NCBI GenBank assembly: GCA_039794845.1
Contig: JAUQVK010000044.1
Location: 1 to 64,000 of the forward strand
Direction of reading: 5' to 3'
Origin: Thermostichus sp. DRC_bins_24
GTDB taxonomy: Bacteria > Cyanobacteriota > Cyanobacteriia > Thermostichales > Thermostichaceae
DNA length: 64,000 bases
Every line of letters begins with the position of its first letter. Position 1 is the first letter of the stretch. Below the pieces are notes generated by a model. That model made no database searches, had not been told where the DNA came from, and saw only the letters and a program-made list of their open reading frames with translations. Both the position numbers and the translations under genes were made by a program. This document shows positions 9,134 through 19,225 of the stretch, one piece after another.

Positions 9134-10204
9134 CTAGATGGGTTTGCTGGGATTGTCTGGGGATCCCTTTGCGTCAGGAGCCAGCTTGCCCTCCAGTTCT
9201 GCGACACGAACTTGTAATTTGCGCAGGTTGCGTTGCATCTCCGGCAGGTGCCGCAGGGCAGCCGCACTTTTTCGCCATTCGGCGACAGGTTGATGGGGAT
9301 ACCCGGCCACCGTTTGCCCGGCGGGAATATCGCTGGTCACCCCTGTTTGCGCCGCTACGCGCACGCCATCGCCGATCTGCAGGTGCCCTGCCAAGCCCGA
9401 TTGCCCCGCCAAAATGACGTGGTGCCCCAGCTTGGTGCCGCCTGCGATGCCCACCTGGGCGATGATCACGCAGTTGGGGCCGATCTGGACACCGTGGCCA
9501 ATTTGCACGAGGTTGTCGATTTTGCTGCCCCGTCCAATGCGAGTTTCCCCAACAGCGGCCCGATCAATGGTGGTGTTGCTGCCCACATCCACCCCATCTT
9601 CCAGTACCACCCGCCCCGCCTGCAGCATGCGTCGCCACGTTCCATCCGCCAGCGGGATGTGACCAAAGCCGTCATCCCCGAGAATGGCCCCGCTGTGGAT
9701 TAAGCAGTCGTTGCCGATTTGGGTGCGTTCGTGAATCACACAGTTGGCAAACAGCTGACACCGGGATCCGATCTCCACCCGCGGGTAGATTGTAACGTTG
9801 GCGTGAATTTCGGTATGGTCGCCAATGCGCACCCCCGCCATCACCACCGCATGCGGCCCAATCGCCACCCCTTCCCCCAGTTGGGCACTGGCATCGACCA
9901 CCGCGGTGGGATGGATCCCTGCCGCGGCGCGGTAGGGCTGGTAAAACAGTTCGATGGCCTGGGCGAAGAGCAGCCGCGGATCCCGTCCCCGCAGACAGGC
10001 CATGGGGCGAGGTAAGGGTGTCGATTCATCCAGAATGATGGCACTGGCTTGGGTTTGCTCCAACAGGGGCAGGTAACGAGCCTCGCTGACAAAGCTTAAC
10101 TCCCCTGGTCGGGCCTCCGCCAAGCTGGCCACCCCGTGAATGACCAACTGGGGATCCCCTTCATAAGCACATCCCAGTTTTTGGGCGATCTCCTGTAGCT
10201 GCAT
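9134..10204 (-). CDS. lpxD: UDP-3-O-(3-hydroxyacyl)glucosamine N-acyltransferase
   Basis: ELSF N-terminal domain, hexapeptide repeats, GDDGFG, TTIDRA, KIDNLVQIGH. Confidence 0.95.
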   Translation of the reverse strand: MQLQEIAQKLGCAYEGDPQLVIHGVASLAEARPGELSFVSEARYLPLLEQTQASAIILDESTPLPRPMACLRGRDPRLLFAQAIELFYQPYRAAAGIHPTAVVDASAQLGEGVAIGPHAVVMAGVRIGDHTEIHANVTIYPRVEIGSRCQLFANCVIHERTQIGNDCLIHSGAILGDDGFGHIPLADGTWRRMLQAGRVVLEDGVDVGSNTTIDRAAVGETRIGRGSKIDNLVQIGHGVQIGPNCVIIAQVGIAGGTKLGHHVILAGQSGLAGHLQIGDGVRVAAQTGVTSDIPAGQTVAGYPHQPVAEWRKSAAALRHLPEMQRNLRKLQVRVAELEGKLAPDAKGSPDNPSKPI

Positions 10205-10228
10205 CGTGTTTCACACCGAAAGGGATCC

Positions 10229-10747
10229 CTAAGATTGCAGCAGCCGCACATCCATGACGGTACCGCGCAGGTTGTAGTCAAAGGTCTCTAGCTCCAGCGG
10301 AACGCCGATTTTGACACGGTTGTTGCCCAGGACAATGCCACTGTCGGTGCGTTGCCCGCGCCCCTGCAAGGTGAACACCAAATCGAGGCGATAGGCTTCG
10401 GGATCCGGCAAGTTTTGCACTCGCCCATCGGGGAAGACCATCGGCACGGTACGGCTGACGTTTTCCACCCGCACCACTTCCACCTGACCGTAGGGCTGGT
10501 TACGGATGATCAAATCCGCTTTATGCCCGGCCTGAAAGGGCTCTAGCGAGCGGCTGCTGATCCCCCGCACGATCATGTCCACTTCCACCGGCACAGGGGA
10601 GCCCCCGCCCACTTGCACCACGCTACCCGCCTGGCGACCCGGGAAGAACAGCACGGCGGCAATGGCCACCACCACCATCACCAGTGCCCCCAAATCCAAG
10701 AGGCTGACTTTACCAAACAAGCGGCCCTGCTCGTCGATCACACTCAT
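10229..10747 (-). CDS. DUF4330 domain protein
   Basis: IDEQGRLFGKVSLLDLG plus TM helix; IIRNQPYG; KIGVPLELE. Confidence 0.8.
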   Translation of the reverse strand: MSVIDEQGRLFGKVSLLDLGALVMVVVAIAAVLFFPGRQAGSVVQVGGGSPVPVEVDMIVRGISSRSLEPFQAGHKADLIIRNQPYGQVEVVRVENVSRTVPMVFPDGRVQNLPDPEAYRLDLVFTLQGRGQRTDSGIVLGNNRVKIGVPLELETFDYNLRGTVMDVRLLQS

Positions 10748-10822
10748 GTTCGCCTGTCCTCATGCACACCCCTCTGATTCTAGGCAGGTTTACCCCCATC
10801 CCCAACCGGATCCTCTGGTGAC

Positions 10823-12283
10823 CTATGGGATCCAGGCGAGCATGCTACTGGCCAAGGGCAGCTGCCGCCGACTGCCAGGAATCGGCTGGCCCTGTTCCAA
10901 CTCCACCAACCACACCTGTGAGCTGGCAATGGCTTGTCCGCTACGGCTAAGGGGAGCGGCGGGATCCGGCAGCCCCTGAAAAGGCTCCAGCAGGGTATAG
11001 GCCAGGGCGCGCCCATCCGGGGCCAAGCTGAAATCGAGGCCAATCGGATATTCGGCTCCCACCACCTCCGTTTGGCTGCCCTCCTCCCAGTTGATTGCCA
11101 GTAGCCGAGGCGACTCGGTGTAGGTTTCGGGGTCGATCTGACTCACCAAACTGTAAAATACGGGGGCAACGGAAGAAAACGCTCCCACTCCAATCGAGCC
11201 TTCTGCAACCAAGATCTCTTGGCTGTTGCCGGTGTTGCTGACGATCCAAAGGCTGCGGGTATAGTCGGGGTTGAAGCGCAGTAGTGCCCCGAAAGCTCCA
11301 TCCGGTCGAATGGCTAAGGTTTGGCCAAATTGGGCCAGAAAACTCTCTGCCGAAGCCCGCGGATGCAGGGGCACAATGCCCACCCCACGTCCCTGAGAGA
11401 TCAAAAGGCTGCTCTCATCCGGACTGATGAGAAAATCCCCTCCCACCGCCGTATCCAATGTCAAGGGCCGAAAGGGCTCTTGGCGTTCTTTTTGGATCCA
11501 CAGTTCGGTCTGCACCAACCCGCTCGGGTCTCGTTCTAGGGGCATGCGCTCCGCCACCACCAGTTCTCCCGTCGGCGAAACCTGAACCCGCAGATTTTGA
11601 TACCCCCGATGATCCAGCAGCAGTTGTGAAGTCTGATCTTCGAGATCTAACCGATACAGATCCTGGGCTTGAATGCCCGCTTGGGTGGCGAAGTAGTAGA
11701 CAAACTGGCCATCGGCGCTGGGCTGCATTTGGGTCACCTTCAGCCCCGCCGGCGTAAGAAGTGTGGTGGATCCCGTCTCCACATTGAACAAAAACAGCCG
11801 CCCCGCCTGGCCCGCTTGGCTGCTGACACCCAGCAACTGCCGATCCGGGGTGCGAAACTCTCCCTGAAAAGGTCGCGACATTGCTTGGCCCCGCTCATCT
11901 TGGGCAGCCTGCAGTTGCACTCGATAGGTTTGGCCGTAGGGCGCAGGTTCCGCTAAGGTCCAAAAGAAGCGGCGCCCCAATTTACGCATCCGCCCTGGCA
12001 GAGGGGGTTGAATCTCCAGGTTGGCCGCAATGCTCTCGGCATCCATGGGGCGGTTGAAGGTAAGCACCATTTGCAAATCGCGGGATCCCACCCGTTGCTG
12101 TTGCCAGTTAAAATCCCGCACGTAAGGAGCCGTGTGGTTCCCCAGCAGAAACAGGATCCCCCCGATCACCAAGCTACAGAGGCTGATCCCAGCCACCCAC
12201 CGATCCAGCGGTTGAGGCAGCCAACGTTCCGGCCAGGATGCACTTGAGGCGGGGATCCGGTTCATATCATTCACGAGGGACAT
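10823..12283 (-). CDS. Membrane-anchored Ig-like plus TolB-like beta-propeller protein
   Basis: N-terminal TM, LTFNRPMD Ig-like motif, repeated SPDG-type propeller motifs. Confidence 0.7.
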   Translation of the reverse strand: MSLVNDMNRIPASSASWPERWLPQPLDRWVAGISLCSLVIGGILFLLGNHTAPYVRDFNWQQQRVGSRDLQMVLTFNRPMDAESIAANLEIQPPLPGRMRKLGRRFFWTLAEPAPYGQTYRVQLQAAQDERGQAMSRPFQGEFRTPDRQLLGVSSQAGQAGRLFLFNVETGSTTLLTPAGLKVTQMQPSADGQFVYYFATQAGIQAQDLYRLDLEDQTSQLLLDHRGYQNLRVQVSPTGELVVAERMPLERDPSGLVQTELWIQKERQEPFRPLTLDTAVGGDFLISPDESSLLISQGRGVGIVPLHPRASAESFLAQFGQTLAIRPDGAFGALLRFNPDYTRSLWIVSNTGNSQEILVAEGSIGVGAFSSVAPVFYSLVSQIDPETYTESPRLLAINWEEGSQTEVVGAEYPIGLDFSLAPDGRALAYTLLEPFQGLPDPAAPLSRSGQAIASSQVWLVELEQGQPIPGSRRQLPLASSMLAWIP

Positions 12284-12376
12284 TTCGGCATCGATTTTAG
12301 CGGCCTGGTCGGGTTTATTGGGGAGCTTAAAAGACTCAGCCTTTCGCGCCAGCGTGCCCTTGGCGCATGGATCCCG

Positions 12377-13198
12377 TTATTCATCCGCATAGGGATTCAT
12401 CGGCACCGGTATCGGCTCCACTTGCTGGGCGACGATCACCAACCGCGAGGTGCCATCCACCTGTTCCACCGCCATCCGTCCTTCCAGGCGCAGCCAACTG
12501 TCGGCGGCCAGATTGTCAGCATCCGCCCAGTGTACCGGCAGACCCACGGGGTAAGCATCGGCGGCGCAACAACTGACCAAAAACCGGGCGATGACAAAAT
12601 GGTCAGGCCGCTCCTCGGGAATGACAAACCCCTGCACCCGCACCGGCTGGTCTTCGTAGTTGTAGGGATCCGGATAGACATCCAAAGTCCGCACCCAATC
12701 CAGGAGCGTACGCTGGCGCGGATCAATCTTGGGCCGAAAGGCTTGGGGCTGGCTACGGGATACCCCCAGATAAGGCGATACCCCCCGATTCAAAGCCGTT
12801 TGGCTAGACAAAGGCCGCGGCTCGATCCAGAACCCCAAAATCGCCGTTAAGAGCAGCAAACCTGTCCCTAACCTAGGCCCCAGCAAAGAAGAATGGGTCT
12901 CATCGCCCTGGGCGGCTCTGGCTCCCCACCATCGGCCAATCCCCAATCCCAGAAGACACAGCCCCGCCAACAAAGCCACATTCACATAGCTGGGATTGAT
13001 CAACATCAGCAGGGTGCCCCGCCAACGGTAGAAAATCAGCAGGCCCCCGAGCAAAATCAGTCCAGCCGCCTCCCAGTGGGCTGTGCTCCCCCAACGAAAT
13101 AAGGTCTGGATCCCTCGCCTATCCCTATCCCTCACCGAATCCCATCGCGAAGCTCCGGTGCGCGCGTATCTGGGGCCAGGCAGACCGTTTTCGGGCAT
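12377..13198 (-). CDS. TIGR03943 (DUF1980) family putative permease subunit
   Basis: LINPSY, three TM helices, ARFLVSCCAADAYPVGL; start uncertain. Confidence 0.85.
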   Translation of the reverse strand: MPENGLPGPRYARTGASRWDSVRDRDRRGIQTLFRWGSTAHWEAAGLILLGGLLIFYRWRGTLLMLINPSYVNVALLAGLCLLGLGIGRWWGARAAQGDETHSSLLGPRLGTGLLLLTAILGFWIEPRPLSSQTALNRGVSPYLGVSRSQPQAFRPKIDPRQRTLLDWVRTLDVYPDPYNYEDQPVRVQGFVIPEERPDHFVIARFLVSCCAADAYPVGLPVHWADADNLAADSWLRLEGRMAVEQVDGTSRLVIVAQQVEPIPVPMNPYADE

Positions 13199-13300
13199 GA
13201 GTTACAGCTTCTTCACACAACTCTGAACCTAAGTTTAACGAATCCCCGCAGAGCGTAGGGCTGTGTTTAGGGTGGGGCCGTTGTGAGGGTTATTAAGGCT

Positions 13301-13768
13301 ATGACGAAACCAGTGTGCAACCTGTTCCCAAGATTGAGCATCGGTTCCATCCTGCTGGTGCTCCTCAGCGCCGCTTCACCCACCTGGGCCAGCACGGGAT
13401 CCCTGCAACAGCCCCTGAACCGGGAACAAGCCCACCAACACTACCGCCTCGCCCTCCACTTCTGGGGTCGTCAACAGGGGGCCACCCTTAACGAAGCCCT
13501 CTACGCTCAGGGGGCGCAAATTGGCGAACGCTACTGCACCGCCCGCCGGGAAGGCATCTCCCATCAAGACTGGATCTCCCAAACCTTGAGTGCCCTCGCC
13601 ACTGCTCCCAACCTTTCCCTAGCGCAAATGCAGGGAATCGCCCGATTTACGGGGGCGGCCATCATGGCCTATGCTCCTTACCACTGTCCAGAACAACGTT
13701 TACCCTTGAATCAGGCGGAAGTTGAGGTTCCAGAGGTGAAGAACTCTGGGGTGCTCACCCGCCCCTGA
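13301..13768 (+). CDS. Hypothetical exported protein
   Basis: Signal-peptide-like N-terminus and two Cys residues. Confidence 0.6.
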   Translation: MTKPVCNLFPRLSIGSILLVLLSAASPTWASTGSLQQPLNREQAHQHYRLALHFWGRQQGATLNEALYAQGAQIGERYCTARREGISHQDWISQTLSALATAPNLSLAQMQGIARFTGAAIMAYAPYHCPEQRLPLNQAEVEVPEVKNSGVLTRP

Positions 13769-13791
13769 GCCCCTTGAGGATCCCTGGTTCT

Positions 13792-14370
13792 ATGCCCGCT
13801 GCTCCCCTCATGCCTCATCTGTTGGAGAACGAGAGCTTCTACGAAAATGCCCTCTGTTGGTTGGGGCGCCCCCAAGAGGCCTATCGACTGTTGAGCGAGG
13901 CCGTTTTCCCTTCGGTTTCCTCCTGGGTGCGGGGGGAAGTGGAGAGCCACTCCTTCAACCATTGGCAGCCGGAGGATGTACGCACCTTCCTCTATCCGGT
14001 GGTGGCCATGGGGGAGCAGGAAACCATCGTTTTATCCAGCGAAGCCCTACTCCTCTGTGGCATCGGCAACTACTACAATCCCTGCGATTTGGCCATTGTC
14101 GTGTTTGTACAGCAACCCCAAGAGCTGTTCAGCCAGCTGATGCAGCGGATTCGGCAGGCAGAAGCCACCATCAGCCGGGGGCCGGATGTGCGCATGCTCT
14201 CGGAACAGGTCAACCTGGCCAAGCGGGGGCGCGACTACATCAACACCAAATATTTGGTCTGGCCCTACGCTCTTTCGGGCGCCGCTCAGGATACTCTAAT
14301 CAAGCAAGGGATCAGCATTATTCGCCTCTCACCCCAAGATGCCGCCCTGCCCTTTGGGGAACAGGGATGA
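13792..14370 (+). CDS. Hypothetical protein
   Basis: Co-oriented ORF filling the gap between its neighbours; no recognised motif. Confidence 0.6.
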   Translation: MPAAPLMPHLLENESFYENALCWLGRPQEAYRLLSEAVFPSVSSWVRGEVESHSFNHWQPEDVRTFLYPVVAMGEQETIVLSSEALLLCGIGNYYNPCDLAIVVFVQQPQELFSQLMQRIRQAEATISRGPDVRMLSEQVNLAKRGRDYINTKYLVWPYALSGAAQDTLIKQGISIIRLSPQDAALPFGEQG

Positions 14371-14435
14371 TGCCCCTCTGCCTCCTCCCCGGGAGAGAAC
14401 GGATCCCTTTGTCTTTTCCAACTCTGTAAGGGTTC

Positions 14436-16058
14436 ATGACCGACGCCCGTTTGCCCCAGTTGATCCAAGCGATGTTGGATCCCGCCTTTTACCCCCATCC
14501 GGTGCAGGCCCCGATCCAGCTGATCCAAACCCATATTTCCTACATTCTGTTGACGGGCGACTATGCTTACAAGGTGAAAAAGCCCCTCGATTTCGGCTTT
14601 CTCAATTTCACCACCCTTCCCCAACGGCAGCACTTCTGTCAGGAAGAGTTGCGCATGAATCAACGGGGTGCCCCCGGCATTTACCTGCAAGTATTGCCCA
14701 TCACCCAAACCGACGGGCAGTTTCAGCTCAACGGTGCTGGAGCCTGTGTGGAATACACCCTGCAAATGCGGCAGTTCCCCCAAGAGAGCCTGTTCAGTAA
14801 CTTGTTTGAACGGGGAGAACTAACCGCTGCCCTCATGGAGGAATTGGGGCGAGTGGTCGCCGCTTTTCATGCCCAAACCGACACCAACGACTACATTCGC
14901 GGCTTTGGCCAACCGGAACGGGTGCGAGAAGCCTTTGACGAGAACTACCGACAAACCGAACACTACATCGGCGGGCCGCAAACAGCCCAGTATTTTCAGG
15001 AAACCCAGGCTTATACGGATCGGTTTTTTGCCGAGCGGCGGGATCTGTTTCAACAACGGCTGGATCAAGACCGCATCCGTGAGTGCCATGGAGATCTCCA
15101 CCTGCGCAACATTTGCTTCTGGGAAGGGAAAATCTTGCTGTTCGATTGCATCGAGTTCAACGAGCCCTTCCGCTTTGTCGATGTTATGTACGATGTATCC
15201 TACGGGGTGATGGATCTGGATGCCCGCCACCGCCCCGATTTGGGCAATGCTTATTTGAATACTTACCTGGAAGAAACAGGCGATTGGGAGGGCCTAAAGA
15301 TTCTGCCCATTTACTTAAATCGTCAGGCCTACGTGCGGGCCAAAGTCACCTCTTTTTTGCTGGATGATCCCACGGCCTCAGAAGAGGTGAAGACCGAAGC
15401 CTTCAACAGTGCCGCTCAGTATTACCGTCTCGCCTGGGAATACACCCGCCCCAAACAAGGGCAACTGTTCCTGATGTCGGGGTTGTCGGGATCCGGCAAA
15501 AGTACGGTTGCCCGTCACTTGGCGCGTCAACAGGGGGCGATCCACATCCGCTCCGATGCTGTGCGCAAGCATTTGGCCGGGATCCCGTTGCGGGAACGGG
15601 GGGGGCCGGAGGTCTACACCCCCGAGATGACCGCCAAAACCTATGGACGCTTGGTACAGCTGGGGCTTGAGTTGGTTCAGGAGGGCTATAGGGTCATTCT
15701 CGATGCCAAGTTTGACCGACAGGATCTACGGGCCATCGCCTTAGAACAGGCCCAAAACACAGGGATCCCGGTGCGCATTCTTCATTGCTATGCGCCGGAG
15801 GTTACCCTGCGAGAACGCCTGCAACACCGGGCCAGCAGCCAAACCCGTCAGGGCTCCGACTTGCAGACGCAAACCAGTTGGATCGTGGGGGATCAGCGGT
15901 ATTCTGCCGACATTGCCGATGCCACCGCCGATATGCTCGCCAAACAACAGGCCCACTGGCAGGATTTTGCCGAGTCGGAACGGTCTTTCGTGACAGCTGT
16001 GGATACCAGTCAAGATTGGCAAGCTCAACTTCGACAGATCCAGATCTTAAAATCCTAG
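14436..16058 (+). CDS. Bifunctional aminoglycoside-phosphotransferase-like / AAA_33 P-loop kinase protein
   Basis: QTHISY, YKVKKP, RECHGDLHLRNI, FDCIEFN; GLSGSGKST Walker A; IRSDAVRK. Confidence 0.9.
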   Translation: MTDARLPQLIQAMLDPAFYPHPVQAPIQLIQTHISYILLTGDYAYKVKKPLDFGFLNFTTLPQRQHFCQEELRMNQRGAPGIYLQVLPITQTDGQFQLNGAGACVEYTLQMRQFPQESLFSNLFERGELTAALMEELGRVVAAFHAQTDTNDYIRGFGQPERVREAFDENYRQTEHYIGGPQTAQYFQETQAYTDRFFAERRDLFQQRLDQDRIRECHGDLHLRNICFWEGKILLFDCIEFNEPFRFVDVMYDVSYGVMDLDARHRPDLGNAYLNTYLEETGDWEGLKILPIYLNRQAYVRAKVTSFLLDDPTASEEVKTEAFNSAAQYYRLAWEYTRPKQGQLFLMSGLSGSGKSTVARHLARQQGAIHIRSDAVRKHLAGIPLRERGGPEVYTPEMTAKTYGRLVQLGLELVQEGYRVILDAKFDRQDLRAIALEQAQNTGIPVRILHCYAPEVTLRERLQHRASSQTRQGSDLQTQTSWIVGDQRYSADIADATADMLAKQQAHWQDFAESERSFVTAVDTSQDWQAQLRQIQILKS

Positions 16059-16261
16059 ATCCTGACTTGAACTTACAAAGTCAGGAGAATTGTGAATGAT
16101 TGAGGTTTATTTTGCCGTTTTCGTGTTAGATAGGGGCAGTTAGACAGAGTAGGAGTTGGATCCCTTTTCAAGTGAGGCTATGCCTTTGGGGTTGTCCTCC
16201 CCTTGTCTCGAATGAATTTCGACTACAGCCTAAAATCTGCCTTGTGCAGGAGAACCCAACG

Positions 16262-16948
16262 GTGAGCGATGTAACTTCTGATGATTTGCGGTTAATGCTT
16301 TTGTTTGAAGGCTTTTCTTCAGAAATTCTGGAGCCGTTGGCCAGCCAGATGTCCCTGCGCTCCCACCCCATTAACCAGGCGATCCTGCTGCAAAATGACT
16401 GGGGCAATGCGGTCTATTTCATCTTGGAAGGTTGGGTGAAGATCCGCACCCATGATCTGGAAGGTCGAGAGATCACCCTTACCATTCTCGGGCCGGGAGA
16501 AGTCTTTGGAGAAATGGCTGCTCTGGACGAAGTGCCTCGCTCGACGGATGTCATGGCTCTAACTGCCACCAAAGTCGGTTGTTTGTCGGCCCAACATTTT
16601 CTGGCGTTCTTGGCTTCGGATCCTCAGGCGGGTATTCGGTTGGCCCAGCTGATGTCCCGTCGCCTGCGGCAGATCAATCGCCGCCTGCAATTGCGAGAGG
16701 CCAGCAGTGTTGCCCGTGTGGCGGATGTGTTGCTGTTTTTGGCGGAGTCTCGGGGCCGAGTGAGCCGTGCCGGAGTTGAGATCCCCAATTTGCCCCACCG
16801 CGAGTTGAGCAGCATGAGTGGCTTGGCGCGAGAAACCGTAACCCGTGTTCTCTCCAAGCTCGAACAAGAAAATCTAATCCAGCGGGATCGCAACCGAGAT
16901 ATTCTCTGTATTCCCCAGATGGATATGCTGGAGAAGCTGATTGGCTGA
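16262..16948 (+). CDS. Crp/Fnr family transcriptional regulator
   Basis: GPGEVFGEMA...PRS cNMP domain and ELSSMSGLARETVTRVL HTH; start uncertain (ORF open from 16172). Confidence 0.9.
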   Translation: MSDVTSDDLRLMLLFEGFSSEILEPLASQMSLRSHPINQAILLQNDWGNAVYFILEGWVKIRTHDLEGREITLTILGPGEVFGEMAALDEVPRSTDVMALTATKVGCLSAQHFLAFLASDPQAGIRLAQLMSRRLRQINRRLQLREASSVARVADVLLFLAESRGRVSRAGVEIPNLPHRELSSMSGLARETVTRVLSKLEQENLIQRDRNRDILCIPQMDMLEKLIG

Positions 16949-17007
16949 ACGCCGCAGGCTACCAGTTGCCGAAGGTCTTCTCGGCATCGTAAGATAGAAA
17001 GCCCAAA

Positions 17008-17080
<73 letters not shown>

Positions 17081-17185
17081 TTTTTGTCAGCCTCCTCACC
17101 GCCCGGGACCCTTCTGAACGGGGCTTTTCGGTGGCTTCGGCGGACTGCCGTTGTCTATGGTGAGAAAGGGGTTGCAGTTGGATGG

Positions 17186-18472
17186 ATGGTAAAACGCAAG
17201 GGGTTTGGAACACCGGCGAGAAAACAGCCGCCCACCTCAGAATGGCTCCGACAGGCGGCAGCCCAATTCCGACAAGGTCACTGGGCTAAATGTGAGCAGC
17301 TCTGCCAAAGGATCCTTGCTGAGTTGGGATCCGCTGTGGGGGAAGGAGAAGCCATAGCGGTGGCCCAAGCCCAGGCTTTGCTGGGGCGCATCGATGAGGG
17401 ATCCGGCCACTACCCCGCCGCCATGTTGCACTATCAGCAAGCGATTTTGGCCTGTCCACCCGCCGCTCCGGCCTCCTTGGCGGCTGAGGTTCATGCTTTG
17501 CTGGCGGGGGTATTGCGGCACACAGGGGAGAAAAAACAGGCGCAAGCCTTGTTTGAGCAGGCTTTGAACCGGGATCCACATTTGCTGCTGGCTCGGGTGG
17601 GGTTGGCGGATCTGCTGCAGGCGCAAGGGGAATTTGAGGCTGCTGTAGAGCACTACTTGCAGGCTTGGCAGGGATCCCAACAGGAACCGGATATTCCCTA
17701 TCAGATCGGCATGTGTCTCTGGAAACAGGGACAAGGGGAAGCGGCAAGCGCGTGGTTTCGGCAGGCGATCTCGTTACAACCGGATCACAGCGATGCCCGC
17801 TACATGCTGGCGATTTTGGGGGAGTTGCCCTTGCCCGACAAAACTCCTCCGGCTTGGGTGATCCGGTTGTTCGACGAATATGCACCCCGGTTTGAACAGC
17901 ATTTGTTGGAAAAGCTGAACTATCAGGGCCCACAGGCTTTGTTGCAGGGGATCCTGGCGGTGGCGGCAGCCCAAGGATCGCCCCCTTGGTTTGAGCAGGC
18001 GCTGGATTTGGGCTGTGGTACAGGCTTGGTGGGATCCCAGATGCGCCCCTATGTCAAGCAGTTGTCAGGGGTGGATCTATCCGGTCGCATGGTGGAGCTG
18101 TGCCGGCAAAAGGGCCTTTACGATGTGCTGATCCAAGAAGATCTGTTGACCCTGCTGCACACCACGCAGGCGCGCTACGACCTGATCCTGGCGGCGGATG
18201 TGTTCATTTATCTGGGGGATTTGGCCCAGGTTTTTCCCGCCTGTGCTCGGGTGCTCCATGCCGGCGGGCTTTTGGCCTTTACCGTCGAGCTGGGATCCAC
18301 CCCAGGCTATGAGCTGGGATCCACAACAGGGCGCTTCGCACACTCCGAAACCTACGTGCGTCAACAGGCAAACCGAGCAGGATTGGATCCCGTTTATTGT
18401 CAGGAGTTCACCCTACGGCAAGAGGGCGCAACGGGTGTGCCCGGAGTGGTGTGGTGTTTGCGTCAGCGGTAG
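17186..18472 (+). CDS. TPR-containing class I SAM methyltransferase (COG4976-like)
   Basis: N-terminal TPRs; LFDEYAPRFEQHL, LDLGCGTGL, AADVFIYLGDL, GRFAHS. Confidence 0.9.
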   Translation: MVKRKGFGTPARKQPPTSEWLRQAAAQFRQGHWAKCEQLCQRILAELGSAVGEGEAIAVAQAQALLGRIDEGSGHYPAAMLHYQQAILACPPAAPASLAAEVHALLAGVLRHTGEKKQAQALFEQALNRDPHLLLARVGLADLLQAQGEFEAAVEHYLQAWQGSQQEPDIPYQIGMCLWKQGQGEAASAWFRQAISLQPDHSDARYMLAILGELPLPDKTPPAWVIRLFDEYAPRFEQHLLEKLNYQGPQALLQGILAVAAAQGSPPWFEQALDLGCGTGLVGSQMRPYVKQLSGVDLSGRMVELCRQKGLYDVLIQEDLLTLLHTTQARYDLILAADVFIYLGDLAQVFPACARVLHAGGLLAFTVELGSTPGYELGSTTGRFAHSETYVRQQANRAGLDPVYCQEFTLRQEGATGVPGVVWCLRQR

Positions 18473-18993
18473 CCCCACGCATCCCGCGGTGGATCCGGCT
18501 GGCCGGGAGCTTTTTGGGGGATCCCTGCCGAAAAAGTATTGGCTCGATCGGCGGCAGCCTTGAGTTCGATCAGGGCGGGCATAACCGTGCTCCAATCCAA
18601 GTCGGGTCGGTTGAGAAGCTCGCGAATCTGGTTGAGCACCGCTTCTGACTTCAGGGTTTGGGGTAGGGGAAGCCGTTGCCGATGGGGAGCGCGCTTCACG
18701 GCTTCGATGCCCTGGGTGACCAACTTGGAGAGGTCTTGGCTGGCTCGCACCAGGGCCTTTTCCCGCTGAAAACTCCAACCATTGCGATTGGTGGCGTACA
18801 TGGGCTGCATGCGATTGAGCACGTAACCGGCCACATCCACAGCGTCAATTTTGTCTCTTTGGCTGTCGGGCAAGCGACTTAACTGGCGAGTCACCTCCTG
18901 CATCACCATCTCTTCGAGGACGTTGACCAACGGGCGGGTGAACTGAGGTTGGGGGCCAGGCCCTGGCCCACCTTGAGAGGTACGGGAATACAT
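18463..18993 (-). CDS. ComFB family protein
   Basis: NVLEEMV...DVAGYVLNRMQPMYATNRNGW ComFB signature. Confidence 0.85.
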   Translation of the reverse strand: MYSRTSQGGPGPGPQPQFTRPLVNVLEEMVMQEVTRQLSRLPDSQRDKIDAVDVAGYVLNRMQPMYATNRNGWSFQREKALVRASQDLSKLVTQGIEAVKRAPHRQRLPLPQTLKSEAVLNQIRELLNRPDLDWSTVMPALIELKAAADRANTFSAGIPQKAPGQPDPPRDAWGYR

Positions 18994-19225
18994 CGTCGGT
19001 GGCTCACAGAAAGAAGAGAATCAAAACCGGGTTTTCTCGGAAAAAGAGTGTTTCTTGGCAACCATTCTAAAGGGATCCCTGGCGGTCAGGGTGTAGCCAG
19101 GGAAACGAAGCTATCCGGCCAGCTTCACAAGATGTGATGTGTGTGATGGTGATTGTGACGGAAGTCAATACACACCGCAAAGGGATCGAGTAGAGTAGGT
19201 GCGCTCACCCCATGGCTTGGGTTTT

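Noticed and set aside
19154..19169. CRP site TGTGA-N6-TCAAT upstream of the ComFB gene
   Set aside because: Two mismatches, within low-complexity GT-rich sequence.
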